Shown here piece by piece: positions 25,393 to 38,337 of a stretch of DNA of 64,000 bases. The translations under genes were made by a program, and so were the position numbers. The DNA comes from Octopus sinensis. Taxonomy: Eukaryota. A model generated the notes under the pieces. It had not been told where the DNA came from and did no database searches. It worked only from the letters and a program-made list of their open reading frames with translations. Where the stretch lies: the NCBI RefSeq assembly GCF_006345805.1, contig NC_043014.1, forward strand, positions 45,322,001-45,386,000, in the 5' to 3' direction. Each line of letters starts with the position of its first letter. Position 1 is the first letter of the stretch.

Positions 25393-27920
25393 CATCATCA
25401 TTATCATCATCATCATCATCAACACATTTCAACTGTAGTACAAGACAATCACATTCCTCTAACATTCATTGCAGCTTTCAGAATCAATTCTGGTTCTGTA
25501 ATCAAGTGATTAATTCTAGCTGTAACTTAGAAAGCAAAAAAAAAAAACTGGAAACAGATATTGCAAGGCATTTCATTTGATACATAATCAATTCAATCAA
25601 TTCACCACCCTGGAATGATACTTTATTTATCGATCCCCCCCACCCTAAATAGTTCTACACACTGTATTGGGGAGGGGGCAAAGTGCAGGCAGTGAATGAC
25701 AAGCATATAAAGAATATGTTTCCAGATCCTTTTTGAAGAATGATTGAAACTAAAATTTAATTTATTTTACAAAATGCTCACATGAGTATTGAAATTAGAA
25801 GATAAAATATTTAAAACTAAAATTTAAGTTTAAAAAATGTCTAAATCTCCAAATGGCAAGTTATTGTTTAGATTGTTATAAATTATGAAATATTTTCCTC
25901 CAATTGATGTCAGTTTAATTTTTAGATTCAAAGAAAAAAATTAGACGTTCATTACATTCACTTAAAATGCATGCTAATCAAGCATAAAATGAAATGAACC
26001 AACCATTCCGATTAAACGTAATCCTGTATTCTCTAATGGATATGTTAACAGTAACATCAAACAAAATTGTATATAAAAAACAGAAAAAGAAATCAATAAA
26101 AACATTAAGAAAAAAATTAATTATAATTGATTTCAGTTTAGCTGTTTGGATTATTTTGATACACATACTAATGAAATGAAAATAGAAATGGGTGTAAAAA
26201 TATCTTAAGGAAAGGAGTCTAAAAAGAAATTCAAACAAGCTGTTGGGAAAAAAACCAAAAAAAGTATAAAGATAAACTGAAAATGTTCTATGCTAGCAAA
26301 ATCCATAAAACTGCTAATTCCTTTATTGTTAATTAGAGAACTTCATTTAAAGATATTTAAAAGCTTAACAAATAATTATGTTTTATAAGTTTTAATTACA
26401 ACTTCTCAGGTAATCAAGCAATATACTTTAGCAATTATTTGTTTTACAATTAACCATAAAGAATATATCGGATATCTACTTAAGCACTCTATTAGCCTCT
26501 ATTTTTGTTCCTGGGAAATTCTCAACATTTCTGACAAGCTTCCCAACAAAAATGCTACAAGCCATAACTTGTAAATAATTATAAAACATGTCATTAAAAA
26601 ATGCAGAAATTTGAATTAAAACATCAGTTATAATTAATGACCGGGAATCTGATATTTACCAACAATCAAAAAATATAATCAAAAAGGAAGCACCATCCCT
26701 TGTACAGGAATTGATTCAAAATCTATAAAATCTGTGCCTTTATTCTGGTTCCTCTTAGAATCATACATAACTACCAAAAAATAGCTATTTTAATAGTTAT
26801 AAAACTCGTCTATTCTAGATTCTTCCATTGCATTCTCTGGTGAATTGACCTATTGGTTAACAGTTCATCTTTGTTTACATTCATTCTGTTCATTGCTTTT
26901 ATAAAATATTTAATACAGTGAGCACGTTCAATGATTTTAGCTTATGATTAACAGTTTCTGACATTGGTATAATGCTACATTGCTTGAGAGGAAGGGTTAT
27001 AGTCAATTATACACGTACCCAATACTTGTTACTTCTTATTCCATCAAGTCTGGAAGGATGTACACTGATTTTGGCATAATTTGAATTCAGAAAGATAAAG
27101 GCTCACAACTAAATACCTATGGGTATTTTGTTGAATCTTCAGTCATTCTAATGATCTTTTCCTTTTTTTATTCCAAGGTGAACTGGCACAGTCATTACAG
27201 CATCAGACAGCATGCTTTATGCTATTTATTTCAACTCTCGGTACCCTGAGTTCAAATTCTGCCAAAGATATCTTTACTTTTCATTCTTTGAGGGTCAACA
27301 AAAATGCACCAATACCAGGTGGCAAATTGGCAGAACTGTAAAAACCTTGGACTGGATGCCTGGTAGTATTCGCTCCAGCTCTTTGCATTCTGAGTTCAAA
27401 TCTCACCAGTCCTCAGTCAAACCACCCAACCCATGCCAGCATGGAAAGCAGACGTTAAATGCCGCTGCCAATGCCAACGCCACCGACAATGACACCACCG
27501 CCACCGACGACGATGACGATTCTTTACAACATTAGTTTCATCATCATTTACTGCTAGCTATTTACTGTCTGAAAATTTCCACTAGATTTCTGCTTTAATG
27601 CATTAATTTCATTCTTTTGATTTCTTTCATATATCTTTATGCACAAGATGTGCAGTTCCCAATGGCAATGGTTACAATTTTTTACCATCTTCTTCTATAT
27701 TCAGTATCTGAAATACCATACTTTGGTATTGCCTGGACTGAGTTCCCCATTGACAGGCTGCTGGTATGTGCAATCCTAGCTAGTTTCATTTCAGTCTTCT
27801 AATTTGGATGGTCAAAGTTGTGATGTTGCTTTGGAGCAGTGGTTAGCAATGCTATACAGTTTACAGCAGACATGATGTTCAATCCCCGTAGGTGATGTTA
27901 CAGCTTTTCTCATTTCCTTA

Positions 27921-28270
27921 TCAAAATAAATATCAAATGGAAATTGTAGTTGTGATACCTGTGCCGGTGGCACATAAAAAGCACCATCCAAACGTGGCCG
28001 ATGCCAGCACCGCCTTGACTGGCTCCTGTGCCGGTGGCACGTAAAAACCACCAACTGATCATAGCCGCTGCCAGCCTCCCCTGGCACATAAAAAGCACCC
28101 ACTACATTCACGGAGTGATTGGCGTTAGGAAGGGCATCCAGCTGTAGAAACACTGCCAGATCAGACTGGAGCCTGGTGCAGCCATCTGGCTTCCCAGACC
28201 CCGATCGAACCGTCCAACCCGTGCTAGCACGGGAAACAGATGTTAAACGATGATGATGATGATGATGATG
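27921..28270 (+). mobile_element. SINE/LINE-tail family C with (GAT)n tail
   Basis: Aligns to 14117-14326 and to the reverse of 19167-19584; a tRNA-like A/B-box pair lies just upstream (27832-27895). Confidence 0.85.
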
Positions 28271-31200
28271 ATTCTATCATTTATCATACCTTCTTCAATT
28301 TTTATCCTTTTCTTTTCATGTCTTTCTCTCCTCATTATTTTCCCTTTTATCCTTCATCCCTTCTCATATTTCTACTCTTCTTATTCTTGCTCAAGTTACT
28401 AATTTTTTTCTCTTTTTATAATCTTGTTCTTCTTTCTCATGGTGTGTACTCCATATTCACTTAATGCTGATACAATTTTCTTTCTGTTCTTTTGAAATTT
28501 TCCCACTGCCCTGCTCCTTCCCAAGTACCCATCACTTTTCCTGTTCAGATTAACAATGGAACTTCTATATAGTTACTCCACTTGCAGCCAAATTTCCATC
28601 AGCAAGCACCTTATAGATTTTAAAGGAATATCTAAAGACCAAAATTTTAAGCTCACATGCCTACAGTAGAAGTGAAGTAGTCAAGGCTAGAATCAATATT
28701 TCAAAAAAATACTTGATTTGATTAGCTGTTTCTGTATCATAAAATCTGCTGAAACAAAATTGACTCTATTATTCAATAACATAAATTGATGATTAAATGT
28801 TTAAATGTCTGAGATGAGTTGTTAATAAGATTATATTTTTCCAGATTATTAAGCACATCTTTATAGATGCAAAAAAAAAAATTTAACAGTATTTACAACA
28901 ACACCTTCACTAAAGATGACGTTAATAGACACACAAATTATAATCTGAGATAAAAAAATTTTTTTAGCATAGATATTAACCCACTAACTTGTAGACTAAA
29001 TCAACCCTACTATTTGTCAAATACTATTTCATTGAAATCAAATAGATGAAAGGGATATGATTTCAGAGAATGATTGATATAAAACTAAATGCTGTTTAGG
29101 TATTTTGTTTGGTGATCTACTAATTCTGCTATCAACTTGCAATAACAGATAAATAAAAAGATAATCATTTAACCTATAAGCTACTACTCAGAACTCCTTA
29201 CAATCAATATGGAAAAAATATTTCTTTATTATACTGTAGTTATTTTTTCCTGAGTCTTAACCAAGTTGGCTATGGCCAAGCTAATGAAAACATAATCATA
29301 TCCATTACTATTAAAGTCTGATCAAGGAAACCATCGCATAAGACTCAGTAACCAAAACAGCTCTGGCATGTAGAGTTGAACTTAACTAGGTTCCAATTAG
29401 TTAAATTTTCAATCAACATGATGTCTTACTTCTGGATATTTACATAGTCCCAAACATGAATCAACCTATGAAGCATTTTTTTGAAAACTGAAAACAGTAA
29501 TATTCTTATTTTGGAAGTAAAAGGTTTCTATTTCAAATACAATTGGCATATCTAGATAAGTGTGACCATTCCCATCAACTTCACTGTCTCATAATTTTCA
29601 GGAAAAAAAAATGAATACTTTTTAATTAAATTTTTGATAGATACGCTTTAGATGGCGCACATCTTAATTATAACAGAAATTATGTTGAAAATTTTTTTCC
29701 AAGAGTTGGGTGAGGAGTTTTGGAAATTTCACACTAGTTGGTTTCATTTCTCATAACTTCCATAACTGTGTAGGTATGCCATATAATCTCATATAATCTA
29801 TAACCATATTTTCAACAAGGAGTAAGATATCTAGTGATAATCAGAGATTGAAGTGATCAAAATGTGTGGCAGAAATATATATATATATTGGAAATATATA
29901 CTCTCCTCCATCCATCCAGGTCAGGGCCTTGCCCAGATCAATGTAACTCTTCCATACCAGATGTTTCAATCAAGCCATGAAGCATGAATGTCTGGTTCGG
30001 GTTTTAATCATATTGGTCTTTCACTAGCTGAAATATCTGCACATGCCACAACTACAAATGATAGCAGTGATTCACTAACTGAACTGGTTGATCCTAGCTA
30101 TTGACAGTTTGTTGTTATCTCTTCAGCCACACAGCATATAGTGATATTCACTATTGACTCAGTAAGTTCATCTACTGAAATACCTCACATCCACCATGCT
30201 GCACCCCATGATTTCAGTACACCCTAGCATGGGTGGTAACAAATTATTTAGCCCATAGCTGGGACCCTGACAAGGGCTACCACTCTGGTCAGAGTAGACC
30301 TAGAAACAATAGCAGCTAAGAGATGGTTCCACATTCATCAAATCAATGAAACTCTTGAACCAGGTTCTTGCTACTTGATGCAGTCTAAAGTCATATCCAA
30401 ATGACATTAATTGTCCAAAAAATAAAAACACTCAATAATATCAATAAATTATCTCAGATATTCAATAACTTAACTTATCTTATATTTTCAATGATCCTTT
30501 GTTATGACTCATGATTACTTCATTATCCTAGATGTACAGCTGTACAACCTAACTTCCAATCACTTTCCATTCATAGAATGTAATGTCCTATGAATCTCTT
30601 AGGAGTGCAATATCACACTTTTTATTCTGATATACATATCTATATCAAATATCTTATCTGCAATACAAAACAACTATTTATACAACACAGAAGAGGTAGT
30701 GATTTGAATAGTTAGTCGTTTGCTGAGCTGTCACTATCATTATATTTAATCCTCATGTATAGAAAACAAACCTTGCCTGATGAATAATACTCTATGAGCA
30801 GCTGTTAAATAAGGGCCACAGAACAGAAATTAAAGGATAGGGGTTTAAGTAACGGAGAAAATAAATTATAAACAGAGAATGAGTGTTAGTTAAAGTATTT
30901 AGTAATAACAACATCTAATATATAGCAATATAGAGAAAAAAAAAGCAAATTATTGGTTTATATATAAAGTGATTAAACTAAACTCCCAAATAGTTACAGA
31001 ATATTTGAGATATTTGGCATTCACAGATATTTTAGAAACAAAGTTTATCACTACAAGCCAGGAATATTTTTATTTTTTATTTTTACTAAGGCAAAAATTG
31101 ACAATCTGCAGGTGATATCAGCATCATTATTGTCATCACAACCAGCTTCACTGGCGCCAGCAGCAGCAGTGGTATCACCGTCATCATTTTTACATCTGTT

Positions 31201-31686
31201 TTTATTTCCACGATTGCAAGGTTTGGACAAGTCTGCTCTGGGCACAGTGCCTTACTGCTTGCAATCACTTGTCATCTCCTTCATGAAGTTCAGCATTATA
31301 AGATCAGCCTTCACCACTTTTCCTGAGTCTCCCTCATCTACAGAGTCTTTCCAGTTGGATCACTTAGTAATTCTTTAGCCAACTATCATCCTCTATATGC
31401 ATGGTTTGTACCTATTTTATTGAACCTAAGAATGCATACAAAATTCAGTCAGAGCCAAATTTAGACAAAGAATATACAGTAACATGATTAAATAGTTTGA
31501 GGCACTTAATCCAATATATGGTTTCTGCTGCACTGATAACAGCAATAGCAAAAAAATTTTTAATACAACATTAATACCAATATTTCTTTATTCAGTAAAT
31601 GGAATCAATTAACAACCAATCAAAAATTTAGTAGAAATTCTTTAAATATACCTCCTGAAAATAACATGTGACTTACAAATATATAA

Positions 31687-31875
31687 CATACCTATATCTA
31701 TCTATTTGTGCATGCATGAGTGTGTTTGTGTGTGTGTATGTGTGTACATGCATGTGTGTGTGCTTGTGTGTGTGTATGTGTGTACATGCATGTGTGTGTG
31801 CTTGTGTGTGTGTGTGTGTGTGTGTATGTGTGTACATGCATGTGTGTGTGCTTGTGTGTGTGTGTGTGTGTGTGT
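31687..31875. repeat. (TG)n microsatellite with recurring TGCA/TACA interruptions
   Basis: Directly visible. Confidence 0.95.
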
Positions 31876-31892
31876 AATACACCTGTTTGTAT

Positions 31893-32304
31893 TACTCTTT
31901 TACTCTTTTACTTGTTTCAGTCATTTTGACTGCGGCCATGCTAGAGCACCGCCTTTAGTTGAGCAAAATGACCCCGGGACTTATTCTTTGTAAGCCCAGT
32001 ACTTATTCTATCGGTCTCTTTTTGCTGAACCGCTAAGTGACGGGGACATAAACACACCAGCATCGGTTGTCAAGCAATGCTAGAGGGACAAACACAGACA
32101 CACAAACATACACACATATACATATATACATACATATATATGACAGGCTTCTTTCAGTTTCCGTCTGCCAAATCCACTCACAAGGCTTTGGTCGGCCCGA
32201 GGCTATAGTAGAAGACACTTGCCCAAGATTCCATGCAGTGGGACTGAACCCGGAACCATGTGGTTGGTAAGCAAGCTACTTACCACACAGCCACTCCCAC
32301 GCCT
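31893..32304 (-). mobile_element. SINE family A, full length
   Basis: Reverse complement of family consensus. Confidence 0.92.
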
Positions 32305-33934
32305 ATATGTATATGTATTGGTAAAAAAAATTTACTGCAGAAAACTAGATTGTTTTTTCTTTTATGAAACTATACATTAATATCTCCAACCAAAATGAAT
32401 GCAGGAATAAATTCTATGGAGAAAATATCTCATTCAAATTACACTATAAATTTTGTTCCTTTGTATCAGTGAGTTCCAGCTATAGAATCACAAGGGCAGC
32501 ACCACTTGGAGTTTTCATATCCAGGTAGGAAATCAAAAGAGAATCAGCTTGATTAGATGCATGTTTTTGATTTTTTTTACCAAGTGTTGTATGATTTTTT
32601 TTTTCTTTTTCGAAGGAAAAACACAAGCGCCAAAGATACAATAGAAGCAAAAATATACCTGGTCAACTTGAAAGACTTGAAAGAAAGACATCAAAGAATA
32701 TGATTCAGAACTGACAAAAATCAATACGTAGGAAGTTAAGTATTAGTTACATAATTGAGTTATAAGCTACAACCATTTTAGTGTAACAAGTGTTAATGTT
32801 TCAATGTCTAGAGATAAAAGAGAAGAGAGATTATATAACTTTACTATTATATATTATTACATACATACACACACATACATATGATAAAAACGTGAAAAGG
32901 AACAAAACATATTCATTTCTTCTTCTAATAGTGTACAGAGGCAGTGTAGATCTGTTATATCATTTATATCAATTAATTACCAGTCTCTCGAGTTGGGTTT
33001 AGACAGAATGGTTATGTTACAAAGCAGGCATATCAAGCATCACTACGAAATTCCTCAGACTATGCTCTAAGATCCATCACATGTTCTTAATTAAACCAAA
33101 GCACAAGTTGGACATTACGTAACCGATGTACTTCTCACAGATAAAAAAAAAGTACTCAGGTGAAAGGTATTAACGAATTTGAATATGCCGAAGTCAAAAG
33201 TGGTATTGAAATTATGAGACACTGAAGAATTTTATAGAATATATATATATATATGATGCTCAGAGATTCATTTCAAGTAAAAACCAAACTAAAGTTAAAC
33301 TTTTACAAGTCTGTTGTCATGGTAACCAGTATTCATGAACATGAGTCATAAGCCAGTTTACATAACAAGCCTATAAAACAGTTTTAGCAGCTCCATATGC
33401 ATTCTATGTGGTCTATCAAGCATATTCACTATCAAGAGTCTATGACTAACACAATTACCATTAAATCAATGCTAATAAAAACAACAACGTAATTCTAATA
33501 ATATTGGACACGGGATCAAAACAGTGGAAGGCAATGTTGCGTGATAAACACTTTATGAGCAAAGTGTCAAATAAGAGTTGCAAAGTCAGTAAATTAGGAC
33601 ATAGATCTCAAGTAACCGGGGAATATATTTAAGAGGATGTGGATTAATCTTAAAAAAAAAGCAACAAGTAAGACTTGAAATAAGAACAGGAAAGAGAAGT
33701 GAAATCCTGGATTATTGATTCGAATCTTTACAATTTAATAAATAAAGTATTTATTTGTTTACAAAGTACTAATGTACTTTTAATTTTAAAGTTTTATAAA
33801 ATCTACTTATTATTTAAGCTCGACTCATTTTATCAATTTTTATTTGCTGAACTACTAAGTTATGGGCAAAAGTAACAACACATATGCACACATTTATACA
33901 TACACTCACTCACACATATATACATATACATATA

Positions 33935-34338
33935 GGCGCAGGAGTGGTTGTGTGGTAAGTAGCTTGCTTACCAACCACATGGTTCCAGGTTCAGTCCCAC
34001 TGCGTAGCACCTTGGGCAAGTGTCTTCTACTATAGCCTCGGGCCGACCAATGCCTTGTGAGTGGATTTGGTAGACGGAAACTGAAAGAAGCCTGTCATAT
34101 ATATGTATATATATATATGTGTGTGTGTTTGTGTGTCTTTGTTTGTCCCCCTAGCATTGCTTGACAACCGATGCTGGTGTGCTTACGTCCCCATCACTTA
34201 GCGGTTTGGCAAAAAGAGACCGATAGAATAAGTACTGGGCTTACAAAGAATAAGTCCTGGGGTCGATTTGCTCGACTAAAGGTGGTGCTCCAGCATGGCT
34301 GCAGTCAGATGACTGAAACAAGTAAAAGAATAAAAGAA
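33935..34338 (+). mobile_element. SINE family A, full length
   Basis: Starts GGCGCAGGAGTGG; complete body and tail. Confidence 0.92.
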
Positions 34339-34519
34339 TACATATATACATACACACAAACATATGCAAGCATGGGCAGCCCTCATTCCCCCCCCCCCCC
34401 CGCACACACACACATATTCTTCTGTACAGTTCCCATCTCCTAAATTCTACTCATTAGTATTGGTCAACTTAAGGCTATAGCAGAAACCGTTTGCTTGAAG
34501 TGCTACAGAGTGAGATTAA

Positions 34520-34742
34520 CCCATTCGTTACTGTATTTATTTTGAGATGTTTTGTGTTTCTTTCAATTACTTTAAATATGACAAAGAATCTAGTAAAATA
34601 ACTTAGTCATAATTCAGCTAGTGTTAGGAACATAAATTATGACTAAGGTTTGGAGTGGAAGATTTTAATTCAAAACTTATGAAAACAAGACATTTGTACT
34701 ACAGAGCCAGAGCCAGTTTCAGCCGGGTTGGTAACGGAAGGG
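34520..34742 (-). mobile_element. piggyBac-type MITE family P2
   Basis: TTAA 34516-34519 and 34743-34746; CCCATTCGTTAC...GTAACGGAAGGG. Confidence 0.9.
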
Positions 34743-34962
34743 TTAAACTGAAAACCAGGAAGTTGTGGAACAAGCTTCTTAACTACACAATCATGCTTGT
34801 ATCTTATGAATGCTGTTTACTCTAAAACAATAAGAGTAAAATCAAATACTTATGTTTTTCTCATTATTCAAATTTGAATTTAAAAGTCTAGACTTGATTT
34901 TTTTTTAAACTTGTGTTTTGAATTAACATATGCAGTTTATTTTGCACAATCAGTTCCATATA

Positions 34963-35171
34963 TTTACTCTTTTACTTGTTTCAGTCATTAGACTGCGGCC
35001 ATGCTGGAGCACCGCCTTTAGTCGAGCAAATCGACCCCGGGACTTATTCTTCGTAAGCCCAGTACTTATTCTATCGGTCTCTTTTGCCGAACCGCTAAGT
35101 GACGGGGACGTAAACACACCAGCATCAGTTGTCAAGCAATGCTAGGGGGACAAACACACACACAAACGTAT

Positions 35172-35202
<31 letters not shown>

Positions 35203-35373
35203 CATATATACAACGGGCTTCTTTCAGTTTCCGTCTACCAAATCCACTCACAAGGCATTGTTCGGCCCGGGGCTATAGCAGAAGACACTTGCCCAAGATG
35301 CCACACAGTGGGACTGAACCCGGAACCATGTGGTTGGTAAGCAAGCTACTTATCACACAGCCACTCCAGCGTC
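34963..35373 (-). mobile_element. SINE family A, full length
   Basis: Reverse complement of family consensus. Confidence 0.92.
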
Positions 35374-36193
35374 TATGAACATGAAACTAAATTCTACAGA
35401 TTTTTGCATATACTGTGCACAAACATGTGTACATTCAATATTGCACACAAAACTGGGGAAATGAGAAAAAAACAGAACAGATAAATTTTTTGTTCTATAC
35501 TTTTAATTCAACAATGTGTATTATAAAGGAAACACATGTAGTAAGGTTTTTAGTTTCCAGATGCTGGTTGCAAAGAGAGAGGAAAACCAGGATAACATCC
35601 TTACTATGATATAACATCCTTACTATGATGACTTTACCAAATCCTTTGTTAGAATATTTGTTAAAATACATTGCCTTTGTTTCAATTAATTTTGAAAGTA
35701 ATGAGAATTTAATAAAATAACTTTTCCATGCATAAATTAACACAGAATTCTTAAACAGGAAGTTTGTATCATAGAACCAGCGGAAGGAGAAGGCAGTCTT
35801 AGATGAATGGTATCAAACAGGGTGAAGCCAAGAATTACTTTAATTTTCTTAATATCATTAACATTATATTTCACTGACATTACATAATGTTTAAAGAAAA
35901 AAACATTTTAAATAATGTTCCAAAATCCAGATTATATGATAATTATTACAGTCTTCCATTCTCAATGGTAGAGTCATTCTTGGAGAAATGTGCATATTAG
36001 ATCAATTCCAGTACTCAACTGGTACTTGTTTATCAGCCCTGGAAGGATGGAAGGTAAAGTCAACATTGGTAGGATTTGAACTCAGAACATAAAGGCATAC
36101 ATTTCTGTTCTTGCATGAGTTAGGTGGGTCTTCACAGTCCAAATCAGATCTATTTGACATTACTGCCCTCTTAGATGCATTGATGTGTTAGAA

Positions 36194-36390
36194 CAGTGGT
36201 TTTCAACCAGGGTTCCACGGAACCTTAGGGTTCCGCAAGAAGTTACAAAACTGCTAAAATCGGCAGTAATTTTTAATTCTCCTGTGCAGATATGTGTGCA
36301 TAAGACTATTAAATTATTGCACAGGGGTTCCTCAAGCCAGTGGAATGTTTCCTTGGGGTTCCGCTCCAGCAAAAAGTTTGAAAAGCACTG
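36194..36390 (+). mobile_element. hAT (Charlie-like) MITE
   Basis: CAGTGGTTTTCAA...TTGAAAAGCACTG termini; 8-bp TSD TGTTAGAA. Confidence 0.92.
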
Positions 36391-37920
36391 TGTTAGAAGA
36401 CCATGTTCTGCTTGGACATTTCATTTTTGGCTTCGTTTCTATGGCTGGATACTGTTCCTAACTCTAAACAATTTACAGAGTGTACTGGGTGCATTTTATC
36501 ATGGCACTAGCACTAGGAGATGATTTGTAAATATATTATATTCCACGATATTTTGCCCAGTTCAACGAAATCAAAATTTGACATATTTTGAAGGAAAAAT
36601 GCATTTATGTTTCTCGCTCTGCCATGAGCTTAAACTTAGTTTTCAAGCTTACACATGATTTCGTGATTCACTCCTCTTGGGGAAAGAAATATAAGAGGCT
36701 CGCTCTATCAGGATTTTTAAAGAAAAAAATATAGGTATCTGTTTCCTAGTAATATAATCATTCCTTTGTGGTTTGACTAAAACTACTTAAAACAATATTT
36801 TCCAATTGTATATGATGTCACACAAAACTTTATATGATCTAACACAGAGAAAAGATGGCAGCACTCCAACAGGAACATAACTATATGGATTGAGGCCAAC
36901 AATAGAACCTACATGCAGGCATTCAAAACTGCTAGAATTAACAGCGAGATTTCTCTCAACTCAAACCTTCCTATCTTATATACATTAAGTAGTGTAATCT
37001 TGGAGATTCAGAAAGATTGGATGATCATAGCTGGAATGCTTTTGAATTTGTGCAAAAGTTCATTAGATAGACCTGTTTGATTAGTGCTTACTGGAGTCTA
37101 AATAACAACAGTAACTGTATGGTTTTAGACTAATTAAACATTATATATCTTCACATTATGCTTTTCTTAATTTATTTAATTTAACAATCATCATTTCCCC
37201 CAGTTTACAACTGAGGCATAGTGAATTTACAGAACACCCTACAGATGTACAATGTTAAACAGGAATTTTCTATACTCATAGAATTCTTAGATTCAGTAAA
37301 GGTTTGTTTTTCCCGGTCCAGAATGGTGAAAGCAGAAATGAATTCAAATGTAAAGAATAAAAAGCACTGGAGTTAGCATACAATAAACATATTATAGTGT
37401 ATTAGAAACAAGTCACACAAAATGAAAATGCTCCAACCACTAGCCCACAGATTTGCTCTTTCCCTTCTCCTCTCTGTTATAATAACTTCTGATGTTCTGA
37501 ACTAAAAAGCTGCATGCTACTTCTACCTAGGCTCTTCCACTTTCTTGCATCCTTATCCTTTTCTGGTTCACTCAACTAAATTTCACACTTAACCCACTTA
37601 TTCCTCTCTAATGATCATTAACTAGAAATTCAAGTAAAATATCAATCTTAGAATTCTGAGGATACTGCTTCCTCTAATTTAAAAAAGAAAAAAGAAAGTA
37701 ATTTTGCCTCTTAAAGGGAAGGCGGGATAAACTAATACACCAACAGCCATCTTCGCCTGTGAAACCTGAAAGAAGACAGCAAAGATCTCTCAATTCTAGG
37801 TATCCCTTATTGGGATAGAGTGTGAACCAAAGAGGTGATGAGAAGAGCCGGCATGGAGAGTTTGCAGGATGTGGTGATGAAGTGGCAGATATGGTTTACT
37901 GGCCATGTGCTATAAATACC

Positions 37921-38337
37921 TATTTCTTTACTACCCACAAGGGGCTAAACACAGAGGGGACAAACAAGGACAGACACATGGATTAAGTCGATTACATCGA
38001 CCCCAGTGCGTAACTGGTACTTAATTTATCGACCCTGAAAGGATGAAAGGCAAAGTCGACCTCAGTGGAATTTGAACTCAGAACGTAACGGCAGACGAAA
38101 TACCTATTTCTTTACTACTCACAAGGGGCTAAACACAGAGGGGACAAACAAGGACAGACAAAGGGATTTCAGTCGATTACATTGACCCCAGTGCGTAACT
38201 GGTACTTAATTTATCGACCCCGAAAGGATGAAAGGCAAAGTCGACCTCAGCGGAATTTGAACTCAGAACGTAATGGCAGACGAAATACGGTTACGCATTT
38301 CGCCCGGTGTGCTAACGATTCTGCCAGCTCGCCGCCA
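37921..38337 (-). mobile_element. SINE family B (tail type 1) with a ~184-bp internal tandem duplication (dimer-like)
   Basis: Two head-to-tail units; 16-bp direct repeat ATGTGCTATAAATACC at 37905-37920 and 38338-38353. Confidence 0.92.

Noticed and set aside
27832-27895. tRNA-like A/B boxes here and at the heads of SINE A, B and D
   Set aside because: No convincing cloverleaf with acceptor stem; these are retroposon heads, not tRNA genes.
32616-32727. Exon-like plus-strand block after a strong acceptor
   Set aside because: All three frames contain stops before the donor and I recognise no homolog.
33313-33326. Perfect palindromic X-box GTTGTCATGGTAAC
   Set aside because: No recognisable exon or CpG patch nearby. 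My rough estimate is about one chance match to this degenerate consensus per window, so it is unsupported without ATAC/CAGE data.
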